From assembly GCF_009914755.1 (NCBI RefSeq), contig NC_060940.1: DNA of 64,000 nucleotides. One strand, written 5' to 3'. The notes under the pieces are model-generated. The model saw nothing but the letters and a program-made list of their open reading frames with translations, was not told the DNA's origin and searched no databases. Shown one piece after another: positions 13,880 through 29,400 of the stretch. The position numbers and the translations under genes are program-made. Numbering within the stretch: position 1 is the stretch's first letter; each line of letters begins with the position of its first letter. Origin of the DNA: the human T2T-CHM13v2.0 reference genome, Homo sapiens.

Positions 13880-16800
13880 TGATGATTCAATTCAGTTCTG
13901 TTCTATTATGAATCCATTCGATTTCATTCAATGCTTCTATTTGATTCCATTCGACGATGATTCCATCTCTTTCCCTTCGATGATTCCATTTGATTCCATT
14001 CAGTGATGATTCCATTTGATTCCATCTGATGATGATTTCACTTGATTCATTTCAATGATGATTCCATTCAAGTCCATTCGATGATTCCATTGGAGTCCAA
14101 ACGATCATTCCATTCGATTCCATTCAATGATGATTCCATTCATGTCCATTCAATGAATCCTTTCAATTCCATTCGATGATGACTCCATTCGAGTACATTC
14201 GATGATTCCATTTGATTCCATCTGATGATGATTACATTCAATTCCATTCGAAGATGATTCCATTCAATTCCACTTGATGATGATTCCGTATGAATCCATT
14301 CGCTGATTATTCCATTCGATTCCATTCATTGACGATTCCATTCGATTCCATTCAATGATGATTCTCTTCTATTGCTTTGGATGATTCCGTTCGATTCCAT
14401 TCGATGATGATTCCATTAGATTCCATTCGATTGTTGCATTCGATTCCCTTCGATGATGATTCCTTTGAATTCCATTCGATTATGATTCCGTATGAATCCA
14501 TTTGATGATTATTCCATTGGATTCCTTTCGATGATGATTCCATTCGATTCCATTTGATGATGTTTCTCATGTATTCCATTTGATAATTCCTTTCAATTCC
14601 CTTCGATGATGATTCTTTCGAGTCAATTCGATGATTCTATTCCATTCCCTTCGATGATGATTCCATTTCACTCCATTCGATGATTCCATTCGATTCAATT
14701 TGGTGATGATTCAATTCGATGACATTCGATGACTCCATTCAATTTCATTTGATGATGATTACATTCGAGTCCATTTGATGATTGTATTCCTTTCCTTTTG
14801 ATGATTATTCCATTCGTGTCTATTCAAAGATTCCATTCTATTCCATTCAATGATGATTCCAATTGATTCCATTCAATGATTATGGCTATCGATTCCACTC
14901 GTTGATTCCATTTGATTCCATTCGATGATTATTCCGTTAGATTCCATTAGGAGATTCCATTCGATTTTATTCAATGATTCCAATTGATTCCATTCAATGA
15001 TGATTCCATTCGACTCCATTCAGTGATTCCATTTGAGTCCATTTGATGATTCCATTCGAGTCCATTTGATGATTCCATTCTTTTCCATTTGATGATGATT
15101 CCATTAGGGTCCATTCAATGATTCCATTCGAGTCCATTCGTTAATGCCTTTCGAGTCCTTTTGATCACTACATTCGAGTCCATTCAATGATTCTATTCGA
15201 TTCCATTCCATGATGATTCCATTCGAGTTCATTCGATGATTGCATTCGAGTCCATTTGATGATTCCATAAGATTCCATTCGACAATGATTCCATTCGTGT
15301 CCATTTGATGATTCCATTCATTTCCTATCGATGAAGATTCCATTCGAGTGTATTCGATGATTCCATTCAAATCCATTCGATGATGATTCCATTCCAGTCC
15401 ATTCGATCATTCCACTTGATTCCATTTGATGACTATTCCATTCAAATCCATTTGATGATTCCATTCGATTCCATTCGATGTTACCATTCCAGTATATACG
15501 ATGATTCCACTCGATTCCATTTGATGATTATTCCATTGGAGTCGACTTAGTGAATCCTTTAGATTCTACTCGAAGATGATTCCATTCGAGTCCATTCGAT
15601 GATACCATTCAATTCCATTCGTTGATGCTTCCATTCAAGTGCATTCGATGATATCATTCGATTCCATTTTATGATAATTCCATTTGATTCCATGTGATGA
15701 TTCTATTCCATTCCATTCAATGATAATTCCATTCAATTCAGTGATTCCTCTGGACTCCATTTGATGATGATTCCATTCAATGATTCCATTCGATTCTATT
15801 CGAAAATGATTCCATTTGAATCCATTTGATGATGATTCCATTCGATTCCATTTGATGATTCCATTCGATTCCATTCGACGATGATTCCATTCGATTCCAT
15901 TTGATGATTCCATTCTATTCTATTCGATGATGATTCCATTCGATTCCATTCGATGATGATTGGATTCGATTCCATTTGATGATTTCATTTGATTCCATTC
16001 GATGATGATTTCGATCAATTCCATTCGATGATTCCATTCGATTCCATTTGATAATGATTACATCCGAGTCCATTCGATGATTCCATTTGAGCCCGTTCGA
16101 TAATTCCATTTGAGTCCAATCAATGATTCCATTCATTTCCATTCAATGATTCCATTCGAGTCCATTTGATCATTCCGGTAGGGTCCGTTCGATGTTGATT
16201 CCATTGGAGTGCATTCGATGATTCCATTCGAGTCCATTTTAGGATTTGATTCGAGTCCTTTCGATGATTCCATTCGATTCCACTCGATGCGATGATGATT
16301 TCATTCGAGTCCATTCGACACTTCCAATCGATTCCATTTGATGTTTCCATTCGAGTCCAATTGATGATTCCATTCAATTCCATTCGATGATGATTCCGTA
16401 CGATTCCATTCTGTGATGATTCCATGTGATTGCATTCAATGATGATTCCTTTCGATTGCATTCGATTATGATTCATTTCGTGTTCATTCTATGGTTCCAC
16501 AGGTTTCACATCGTGTCCATTCCATTATTCCATTCTATTCCATTTGATGATGATTCCATTCGATTCCATTCATTGGTGATTCCACTCAATTCCATTCAAT
16601 GATTCCATTCCATTTCTTTCAACAATGATTCCATTAGTTTCTAATCGATGATGCACTTGATTCCATTTGACGATGATTCCATTCTTGTCCATTCGATGAT
16701 TCCATTTGATTCCATATGATGATGATTCCATTCGATTCCATACGATGATTATTCCATTCGAGTCCATTCAATGGTGATTCCATTCAATTCCATTCGATGA

Positions 16801-19800
16801 TTCCTTTCGATTCCATTTGATGATGATGGCATTCGATTCCTTTCAATCATTCCCTTTGATTCCACTCAAAGGTGATTTCATTCAAGTCCATTCGATAATT
16901 GCATTCGATTCCATTCTATGATGATTCCATTCGAGTCCATTTGATGATTCCATTCAATTCAAGTCAATGATGATTCCATTCGATTCCATTCGATGATTCC
17001 ATTGGATTCCATTCGATAATGATTCCATTCAAATCCATTCGATAATTCAATTCACGTCCATTCGATGATGATTCCAATCGAATCCATTCAAAGATTCCAT
17101 TCAATTCCATTCGATGATTCCCTTAGATTCCATTCGATGATTCCACTTGATTCCATTTACGATGATTCCATTCGATTCCATGTGATGATTCCATTCAATT
17201 CTATTCAATGATGTTTCCATTTGATTCCATTCGACCATGATTGCCTTTGATTCCATTCAATGATTCCATTCGGTTCCGTTTGATGATGATTCCGTTCGAT
17301 TCCATTTGATGATTCCATTTGATTCCATTGGATGAGTCCATTCGATTACATTCGATGATTATTCCATTCGAGTGCATTAGATGATTCCATTCGAGTCCAT
17401 TCGATGATTCCATTCGAGTCCATTCGATGATTCCATTCGATTCCATTCGATGTTGATTCTGTTCAAATCCATTCGATGATTCCACTCGATTCCATTCGAT
17501 GACTCCATTTGATCCCATTCGATGATTTCCTTTGATTCCCTTTGATGATCATTCCATTTGATTCAATTCGGTGATTTCATTTGATTCCATTCAGTGATGT
17601 TTCCATTCGACTCCATTCGATGATGATTCCATTCGACTACATTCGATTATGATTTCATTCAATTCCATTCGATAAAGATTCCCTTCGAGTCCAATCGATG
17701 ATTCCATTCGATTCCATTCAACGATGATTTGATTCGTGTCCATTCGATGATTCCATTTGATTCCACTTGATGAGGATTCCATTCGAGTCCATTTGATGAT
17801 TCCATTCAATTCCATTCTCCGATGATTTCTTTTGAGCCCATTCAATGCTTCCACTCGATTACATATGATGATGACTCCATTCGATGAAACTCGATGATGA
17901 TTCCATTCGCTTGCATTCGATGATGATTCCACTTGAGTCCGTTAGAAGATTCTATTCAATTACATTCCATGACGATTCTGTTCGAGTCCATTTGATGATT
18001 CCATTACACTCCATTCGACAATGATTCCATTCAATGTTATTCGATGATTCCATTCGATCTCATTCGATGATGATTCCATTCAAGTCCATTCGATGTTTCC
18101 ATTCGAGTTCATTCTATTATTCCATTAGATTCCATTCGATGATGATTCCATTCGATTCCATTTGATGATTGCATTCTATTTCATTTGATGATGATTCCAT
18201 TCGAGTCCATTCGATGATTCCATTCGAGTCCATTTAATGAATCCATTGGTTTCAATTCTATGATGATTATATTGGATTCCATTCGTTGATGATTTCATTC
18301 GATTCCATTCAATGATGATTCCATTCAATTCCATTCAATGATTCCATTCAATTCCATACGATGATGATTCCATTTGATTTGATTCGACAGTGAGCCATTC
18401 GATTCAATTCCATGATGATTCTGTTTGATTCACTTGGTTGACATTTCCATTCGATTCCATTCGATGATGATTCCATTTGATTCCATTCAAAGATGATTCC
18501 ATTCTAGCCCATTCAATCATTCCATTCGATTCTATTCAATGATGATTCCATTCATGTCGATTTGGTGATTCCATTTGACTTCATTTGATGATGATTCCTT
18601 TCAAGTTCATTAGATGATTCCATTCGATTCCATTTGATGATGATCCCATTCGAGTCCATTCAGTGATTCCACTCGTTTCCATTCCATGATGATTCCATTC
18701 CATTCCATTCAATGATTCCATTCGATTCCGTTTGATGATGATTTCATTCGAGTCCATTTGATGATTCCATTTGATTCCATTCGATGATGATTCCATTCGA
18801 GTCCATTCGATGATTCTATTCGAATCCATTTGATGATTTCTTTTGATTATATTTGGTGATGATTCCATTGGAGTCCATTCAATGATTCCATTCGATTCCA
18901 ATCGATGGTGGTTCCATTAGAGTCCATTTAATGATTCCATTTGATTCCAGTCTCTGATGTTTACATTCGAGTCCATACGATGATTCCACTCAATTCCATA
19001 TGATGATGATTCCATTCGATTCCATTCGATGATTCCATTCTATTCTATTCAATGGTGATTCCATTCGAGTACATTAGATGATTCCATTCGATTCCATTCA
19101 ATGATGATTCTACTTGTGTCCGTTAGATGATTCCACATGATTCCATTAGATGATGATACTATTTGAGCCCATCCAATGATTCCCTTCGATTCCATTCGAT
19201 GAGGATTCCATTCGATTCAATTCATTGGTGATTCTATTCAATTCAATTCTTTGATTCAATTCCATTCCATTCGACAATGATTCCATTCGATTTCTTTCGA
19301 TGATTCCACTCAATTTCACTTGACATTGATTCCATTCGATTCCATTCAATGATTCCATTTGATTCCAGTGGATGATGATTGCCGTCGATTCCATTCGATC
19401 ACTCCATTCTGTTCCATTTGATGATGATTACATTCGATTCCATTTGATGATTCCATCTGATTCTATTCGAGGATTCCATTTGATTCCATTCGATGATGAT
19501 TCCATTCGAGTCCATTCGATGATTTCATTCGAGTACATCCAATGATACCATTCGAGTCCATTTGATGATTCCATTTCATTCCATTTGATTATGATTCTAC
19601 TAGAGTCCATTCAATGACTCCATTCGAGTCCATTCAACAGTTCCATCCGAGTCCATTCGGTGATTCCATTCGTTTCCATTTGATGATTCCATTCGAGTCC
19701 ATTTAATCATTACAGTCGAGTCCATTTGGTGATTCCACTGGATTTCTTTTGATAATGATACCATTCAATTACATTTGATGATGATCCCATTCAATTTCAT

Positions 19801-22800
19801 TTGATGATGATTCCATTAGAGTCCATTCCATGATTTCATTCGAGTCCCTTCATTGATTCCATCCGATTTCATTTCATGATGACTCCATTCGAGTCCATTC
19901 GATGATTCCACTCGATTCCTTTAGATGATTCCATTGGAGTCCATTTGATTGTTCCATTCGATTCCATTCGATTCCTTTCGAAGATTATTCCATTTGAGTC
20001 CATTCGATGATGATTCCATTCCATTCCATTCGATGATTCCGTTTGATTCCATTCGATGATTCCCTGTGATTCCTTTCTATGATGATTCCATTCCATTCCA
20101 TTCAATGATTCCATTCGAATCTATTCCATGATGATTCCTTTCGATTCCATTCGCTGATGTTTCCGTTCAATTCCATTCGATGATGATTCCTTTCGATTCC
20201 ATTCATTGAGGATTCCATTGGATTCCATTCAATGATGATTCCATTCTATTCCATTCAATGATTGCATTCAATTCCATTCAATGATTATGCCATTAGAGTA
20301 AATTCAACGATTCCATTCAATACCATTCGATGATGATTCCTTTTGAGTCCATTCAATGATTTCATTCAAGTCCATTTGATGATTCCTTTCAATTCCATTC
20401 CATGATGATTCCATTCGAGTCCATTCGATGATTCCATTCGATTGCATTCGATGATTCCATTATATTCCATTCAACGATGATTCCATTCGAGTCCATTCGA
20501 TGATTCCATTAGAGTACATTTAATGATTGCTTTGTTTTCAATTCGAAGATGATTACATTGGATTCCATTCTATGATTCCATTCGATTCCATTCATTGATG
20601 ATTCCACCCAATTCCATTCGATGATGATTCCATTCGATTTCAATGATTCTACTCGATTCCATTCAATGATGATTCAATTCTATTCCGTTTGATGATTCCA
20701 TTAGATTCCATTCTATGATGATTCCATTCGAGTCCATTCGAAGATTTCATTCGATTACATTCCATGACGATTCCATTCGAGTCCATTCGATGATTCCATT
20801 TGAATCCATTCGACGATGATTCCATTTGATGCTATTCGATGATTCCATTGGATTCCATTCGATGATGATTCCATTCGACTTGATTTGATGTTTCTATTTG
20901 AGTCCATTCGGTTATTTTATTAGACTACATTCGATGATGATTCCATTCGATGCCATTCAATGATTCCATTTGATTCCACTCAATGATGATTGCATTCGTG
21001 TCCATTCGATGATTCCATTTGGTTCCATTTGATGATGATTCCATTCGAGTCCATTCGATGATACCATTCAATTCCATTCGATGATCATTCCATTCGAATC
21101 CATTTGATGATTCCACTCAATTCCATTTGATGACTCCTTTCATTCCCATTCGATGATTCCCTTCAGTTCCAATTGGATGATCTTTCCATTTGATTCAATA
21201 TGGTGACTCCATTCTATTATATTCAATGATGATTCCATTCGACTCCATTAGATGATGACTCCATTCCATTCCATTCGATTGTGATTTCATTCGATTCCAT
21301 TCGAAGATGATTCCATTCGAGTCCATTTGATGATTCCATTCGATTCCATTCAATGATGATTCCACTCAAATCCATTGGATGATTCCATTCGTTTCCAATC
21401 GGTGATTTCATTAGATTCCATTCGAGGATGATTCTATTCGAGTCCATTCAATGATTCCATTGGATTCCGTTTGATAATGATTCCATTAGAGTTCATTCGA
21501 TGATTCCCTTCGAGTGCATTCGATTATTTCTTTTGATTCCATTTGATGATGATTCCATTCGATTCCATTCAATGATTCCATTCCATTCCATTCGATGATG
21601 ATTCCATTCGATAATGATTACATTCAAGCCCATGTGATGATTCCATTAGATTCTATTCAATGATGATTCCATTCGACCACATTCGATGATGGCATTCGAG
21701 TCCATTCGATGATTTCACTCGATTCCACTTGATGATGATTCCTTTTGAGTCCATTTGATGATTACATTCGAGTCCATGAGATGACTCCATTCGATTCCAT
21801 TTCATGATGATGCAATTCGAGGCTATTCGATCATCCCATTTTAGTGCATTCGGTGATTCTCTTTTATTACATTCGATGAGGGCTCCATTCGAGTCCATTC
21901 AATGATTCCATTAGATTCCACTCGATGATGATTCCATTTGAGTCCATTCAAAGATTCCTTTCGAGTCCATTCGATAATTCTATTGGATTCCACTAGGTGA
22001 TGATTCCTTTCGAGTCAATTCGATGATTCCTTTCAAGTGCCTTCAATGATTCCATTCGATTCCATTCGATGACGATTCATTTCAAGTCCATTCAATGGTT
22101 CCATTCTGTTGAATTTGATGGTTCCATTTGATTCCATTCGATGATGATTCCATTCGTGTCCATTGGATGATTCCATTCGATTCCTTTCGAGGAAGATTCC
22201 ATTCGACTCCATTCGATGATTCCGTTCGATTCCATTCCATGATGATTCCATTTGATTCCATTCCATGATTCCATTCGATACCATTCGATGATGATTCCAT
22301 TCGACTCCATTTGATGAATCCATTCAATGCTTCCATTCGAGTCCATTCGATGATTCCATTCGATTCCATTCCATGAAGATTCCATTCGAGTACATTTGAT
22401 GATTCCATTTAATTCCATAGGATGATGATTCTATTAGGGTCCGTTGACTATTCCATTCAATTCCATTCGAAGATTCCATTCGAGTCCACTCGATGATTCT
22501 ATTTGATTCCATTTGATAATTCCATTCGATTCCATTTGATGTTGATTCCATTCGAGTCCATTCGATCATTATTACATTTGATTCTATTCGATGATTCCAT
22601 TCGATTCCATTTGATGAGGATTCCATTCGAGACCATTTGATGATTCCATTCAATTCCATTGGATGATTCCAATATTTTCCATTAGATGATGATTCCATTC
22701 GATTCCATTCAATGATGATTCCATCAGAATCCATTCGATGATGACTCCTTTTGCTTCCATTCAATGATCATTACATTCGGTTCCATTCGATGATGATTCC

Positions 22801-25800
22801 TTTGGATTCCATTCGATGATGCTTCCATTCGATTCCATTTGATGATGATTCTTTTCGATTCCATTTGATGATGATTCCATTTGATTCCATTCGATGGTGA
22901 TTCCATTTGATGATTCCATTCGATTGTATTCGATGATGATTCCACTCGATTCTATTTGATGATGACTGCATTCGATTCCATTTGATGATTCCATTTGATT
23001 CCATTCGATGATGATTCTGATCAATTGCATTCGATGATCCATTCGATTCCATTTGATGGTTCCATTTGATTCCATTTGATAATGATTCCTTTCGAGTCCA
23101 TTCGATGATTCCATTTGCGGATATTCGATAATTCCATTTGAGTCCAACCGATGATTCCATTCGAGGCCATTCAATCATTCTTTTTGAGTCCTTTCGATAA
23201 AGATTCCATTTTAGTCCATTCAATAATTCCACTGGAGTCCATTCGATGATTGCTTTTAATTCCATTCGATGATATTCCATTCGAGTCCATTCGATGATTC
23301 CATTCGTTGCTATTAGATGATGATTCCATTCATGACCATTTGGTGATTCCATTCGATTTCATTCGTTGATGATTCCATTCGAGTCCATTCCATGATTCCA
23401 TTCAAGTCCATTTGAAGATTTCTTTGAATTCAATTCGATGATGATTCCATTCGAGTCCATTCGATGATTCCATTCAGTTCCATTCGATGATGATTCCTTT
23501 CGAGACCATATGATGATTCCATTTGATTTCATTCGATGATGATTCCATTCGATTCCATTCGATGATTCCATTCTATTCCATTCGATGATGATTCCATTCG
23601 AGTCCATTTAATGATTCCATTGGGTTCAATTCAATGATGATTACATTGGATTCTCTTCTATGATACCATTCAATTCCGTTCATTGACAATTTGATTCCAT
23701 TCGATGATGATTCCATTGGATTTCATTTGATGATTCTATTCGATTCCATTCAATGATGATTCACTTCTCGTCCATTGGATGATTCCATTTCATTCCATTC
23801 GATGATGATTCCATTCGATTCCATTCGATGATTCCATTTGATTCCATTCGACGGTGAGCAATTCGATTCAATTCCATGATGATTCTATTTGATTCAGTTA
23901 GATGATGTTTCCATTCGAATCCATTCCATGATTATTCCATTGGAATCCATTCGGCGATGATTCCATATGAGTCAATTCAATGATGCTTCCATATGGGTCA
24001 GTTCGATGATAATTCCATTTGATTTCATTCGATGCTTCTATTCAATTCCAGTCGATGATGATTCCGTTGGAGTCCATACGATGACTCCATGTGATTTCAT
24101 TTGATGGTGATTCCATTCGATTCCATTCGATGACTCCATTCTGTTCCATTCGATGATGATTCCATTCGAGTCCATTCGATGATTCCATTCGAGTCCATTT
24201 CATGATTCCATTGGGTTCAATTCGATGATGATTACACTGGATTCCATTCTATGATTCCATTCAATTCCATTCGTTGATGATTCGATTCCATTCAATGATG
24301 ATTCCATTTGAGTTCATTCGATGATTCTATTCGATTCCGTTCGATGGTGATTCAATTTTATTATATTGGATGATTCCATTCGATTCCATTTGATGATGAT
24401 TCCATTCGATTCCATTCGATGATGATTCCATTTGATTCCATTTGATGTTGATTCTATTCGATTCTATTCAATGATGATTCCATTCGATTTCATTTGATGA
24501 TTCTATTCGATTCCTTTCGATGATTCTATTCCATTCCATTCGATGATGATTCAATTCTCTTCCATTGGATGATTCCATTTTATTCCATTCGACGATGACT
24601 CCATTTGATTCCATTCAATGATGATTCCATTCGATTCCATTCGGTGATTCCATTTGATTCCATTCGACGGTGAGCAATTTGATTCAATTCCATAATGATT
24701 CTATTTGATTCAATTAGATGATGTTTCCATTCGAATCCATTCGGTGATGATTCCATTGGTATCCATTCGACGATGATTCCATATGAGTCAATTCGATGAT
24801 GATTCCATACGAGTCCGTTGGATGATAATTCCATTTGATTTCATTCAATCCTTCTATTCGATTCCATTTGATGATGATTCCATCTGAATCCATTCTCCGA
24901 TTCCATTCGATTTCATTCGATGCTTCTATTTGATTTCATTCGAAGATGATTCCTTTCAATTCCGTTCATTAATTCCATTTGATTCCATTCGATGATGATT
25001 CCATCCGATTCCATTGGATGATGATTCCATTCGAGTCCATTCGATGATTCCGTTCTAATCCATTCTATGATTCCATTCGAGTCCATTCGATGATTCCATT
25101 CGATTCCATTCAGTGATGATTCCATTTGATTCCATCTGATGATGATTTCATTTGATTCCATTCGATGATGATTCCATTGGAGTCCATTGAATGATTCAAT
25201 TCAATTCCATTCCATGTGGATTCCATTCGAATTCATTCGATTATTCCATTCAAATCCCTTCGTTGATTCCATCTGATTCCACTTGACGATGATTCCATTC
25301 AAGTCCAATCGATGATTCCATTCGGTTCCATTCAATGATTCCATTCGAGTCCATTTATGTATTATATTCGTGTCCACTTGATGACTCACTCCATTCAATT
25401 CCATTTAATGATGATTCCATTTGATTCCATTTGATGATTCAGTTCGATTCCTTACAATGATTCCCTACGATTCCTTTCTATGATGATTCCATTCGATTCC
25501 ATTCATTGATGATTCCATTCGACTCCATTCAATGATGATTCCTTTCGATTCCATTTGACGATGTTTCCATTTGAGTCCATTCGATGATGATTCCATTGGT
25601 ATCCATTCGACGATGATTCCATATGAGTCAATTCGATGATGATTCCATACGAGTCCGTTGGATGATAATTCCATTTGATTTCATTCAATCCTTCTATTCG
25701 ATTCCATTTGATGATGATTCCATCTGAATCCATTCTCCGATTCCATTCGATTTCATTCGATGCTTCTATTTGATTTCATTCGAAGATGATTCCTTTCAAT

Positions 25801-26424
25801 TCCATTCATTAATTCCATTTGATTCCATTCGATGATGATTCCATCCGATTCCATTGGATGATGATTCCACTCGAGTCCATTCGATGATTCCGTTCTAATC
25901 CATTCTATGATTCCATTCGAGTCCATTCGATGATTCCATTCGATTCCATTCAGTGATGATTCCATTTGATTCCATCTGATGATGATTTCATTTGATTCCA
26001 TTCGATGATGATTCCATTGGAGTCCATTGAATGATTCAATTCAATTCCATTCCATGTGGATTCCATTCGAATTCATTCGATTATTCCATTCAAATCCCTT
26101 CGTTGATTCCATCTGATTCCACTTGACGATGATTCCATTCAAGTCCAATCGATGATTCCATTCGGTTCCATTCAATGATTCCATTCGAGTCCATTTATGT
26201 ATTATATTCGTGTCCACTTGATGACTCACTCCATTCAATTCCATTTAATGATGATTCCATTTGATTCCATTTGATGATTCAGTTCGATTCCTTACAATGA
26301 TTCCCTACGATTCCTTTCTATGATGATTCCATTCGATTCCATTCATTGATGATTCCATTCGACTCCATTCGATGATGATTCCTTTCGATTCCATTTGACG
26401 ATGTTTCCATTTGAGTCCATTCGA
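13880..26424 (+). repeat. Higher-order repeat unit 2 (12,545 bp = core + 840 - 124)
   Basis: Landmarks 14140 to 26685 and GTCGAC 15541 to 28086. Deletion junction at about 23699-23717. Confidence 0.93.
24745..26424 (+). repeat. Tandem duplication of the 840-bp module (24745-25584; 25585-26424)
   Basis: Identical ORF pairs at 24913/25753 and 25201/26041, offset 840. Confidence 0.92.
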
Positions 26425-29400
26425 TGATGATTCAATTCAGTTCTGTTCTATTATGAATCCATTCGATTTCATTCAATGCTTCTATTTGATTCCATTCGAC
26501 GATGATTCCATCTCTTTCCCTTCGATGTTTCCATTTGATTCCATTCAGTGATGATTCCATTTGATTCCATCTGATGATGATTTCACTTGATTCATTTCAA
26601 TGATGATTCCATTCAAGTCCATTCGATGATTCCATTGGAGTCCAAACGATCATTCCATTCGATTCCATTCAATGATGATTCCATTCATGTCCATTCAATG
26701 AATCCTTTCAATTCCATTCGATGATGACTCCATTCGAGTACATTCGATGATTCCATTTGATTCCATTTGATGATGATTACATTCAATTCCATTCGAAGAT
26801 GATTCCATTCAATTCCACTTGATGATGATTCCGTATGAATCCATTCGCTGATTATTCCATTCGATTCCATTCATTGACGATTCCATTCAATTCCATTCAA
26901 TGATGATTCTCTTCTATTCCATTCGATGATTCCGGTCGATTCCATTCGATGATGATTCCATTAGATTCCATTCGATTGTTGCATTCGATTCCCTTCGATG
27001 ATGATTCCTTTGAATTCCATTCGATTATGATTCCGTATGAATCCATTTGATGATTATTCCATTGGATTCCTTTCGATGATGATTCCATTCGATTCCATTT
27101 GATGATGTTTCTCATGTATTCCATTTGATAATTCCTTTCAATTCCCTTCGATGATGATTCTTTCGAGTCAATTCGATGATTCTATTCCATTCCCTTCGAT
27201 GATGATTCCATTTCACTCCATTCGATGATTCCATTCGATTCAATTTGGTGATGATTCAATTCGATGACATTCGATGACTCCATTCAATTTCATTTGATGA
27301 TGATTACATTCGAGTCCATTTGATGATTGTATTCCTTTCCTTTTGATGATTATTCCATTCGTGTCTATTCAAAGATTCCATTCTATTCCATTCAATGATG
27401 ATTCCAATTGATTCCATTCAATGATTATGGCTATCGATTCCACTCGTTGATTCCATTTGATTCCATTCGATGATTATTCCGTTAGATTCCATTAGGAGAT
27501 TCCATTCGATTTTATTCAATGATTCCAATTGATTCCATTCAATGATGATTCCATTTGACTCCATTCAGTGATTCCATTTGAGTCCATTTGATGATTCCAT
27601 TCGAGTCCATTTGATGATTCCATTCTTTTCCATTTGATGATGATTCCATTAGGGTCCATTCAATGATTCCATTCGAGTCCATTCGTTAATGCCTTTCGAG
27701 TCCTTTTGATCACTACATTCGAGTCCATTCAATGATTCTATTCGATTCCATTCCATGATGATTCCATTCGAGTTCATTCGATGATTGCATTCGAGTCCAT
27801 TTGATGATTCCATAAGATTCCATTCGACAATGATTCCATTCGTGTCCATTTGATGATTCCATTCATTTCCTATCGATGAAGATTCCATTCGAGTGTATTC
27901 GATGATTCCATTCAAATCCATTCGATGATGATTCCATTACAGTCCATTCGATCATTCCACTTGATTCCATTTGATGACTATTCCATTCAAATCCATTTGA
28001 TGATTCCATTCGATTCCATTCGATGTTACCATTCCAGTATATACGATGATTCCACTCGATTCCATTTGATGATTATTCCATTGGAGTCGACTTAGTGAAT
28101 CCTTTAGATTCTACTCGAAGATGATTCCATTCGAGTCCATTCGATGATACCATTCAATTCCATTCGTTGATGCTTCCATTCAAGTGCATTCGATGATATC
28201 ATTCGATTCCATTTGATGATAATTCCATTTGATTCCATGTGATGATTCTATTCCATTCCATTCAATGATAATTCCATTCAATTCAGTGATTCCTCTGGAC
28301 TCCATTTGATGATGATTCCATTCAATGATTCCATTCGATTCTATTCGAAAATGATTCCATTTGAATCCATTTGATGATGATTCCATTCGATTCCATTTGA
28401 TGATTCCATTCGATTCCATTCGACGATGATTCCATTCGATTCCATTTGATGATTCCATTCTATTCTATTCGATGATGATTCCATTCGATTCCATTCGATG
28501 ATGATTGGATTCGATTCCATTTGATGATTTCATTTGATTCCATTCGATGATGATTTCGATCAATTCCATTCGATGATTCCATTCGATTCCATTTGATAAT
28601 GATTACATCCGAGTCCATTCGATGATTCCATTTGAGCCCGTTCGATAATTCCATTTGAGTCCAATCAATGATTCCATTCATTTCCATTCAATGATTCCAT
28701 TCGAGTCCATTTGATCATTCCGGTAGGGTCCGTTCGATGTTGATTCCATTGGAGTGCATTCGATGATTCCATTCGAGTCCATTTTAGGATTTGATTCGAG
28801 TCCTTTCGATGATTCCATTCGATTCCACTCGATGCGATGATGATTTCATTCGAGTCCATTCGACACTTCCAATCGATTCCATTTGATGTTTCCATTCGAG
28901 TCCAATTGATGATTCCATTCAATTCCATTCGATGATGATTCCGTACGATTCCATTCTGTGATGATTCCATGTGATTGCATTCAATGATGATTCCTTTCGA
29001 TTGCATTCGATTATGATTCATTTCGTGTTCATTCTATGGTTCCACAGGTTTCACATCGTGTCCATTCCATTATTCCATTCTATTCCATTTGATGATGATT
29101 CCATTCGATTCCATTCATTGGTGATTCCACTCAATTCCATTCAATGATTCCATTCCATTTCTTTCAACAATGATTCCATTAGTTTCTAATCGATGATCCA
29201 CTTGATTCCATTTGACGATGATTCCATTCTTGTCCATTCGATGATTCCATTTGATTCCATATGATGATGATTCCATTCGATTCCATACGATGATGATTCC
29301 ATTCGAGTCCATTCAATGGTGATTCCATTCAATTCCATTCGATGATTCCTTTCGATTCCATTTGATGATGATGGCATTCGATTCCTTTCAATCATTCCCT

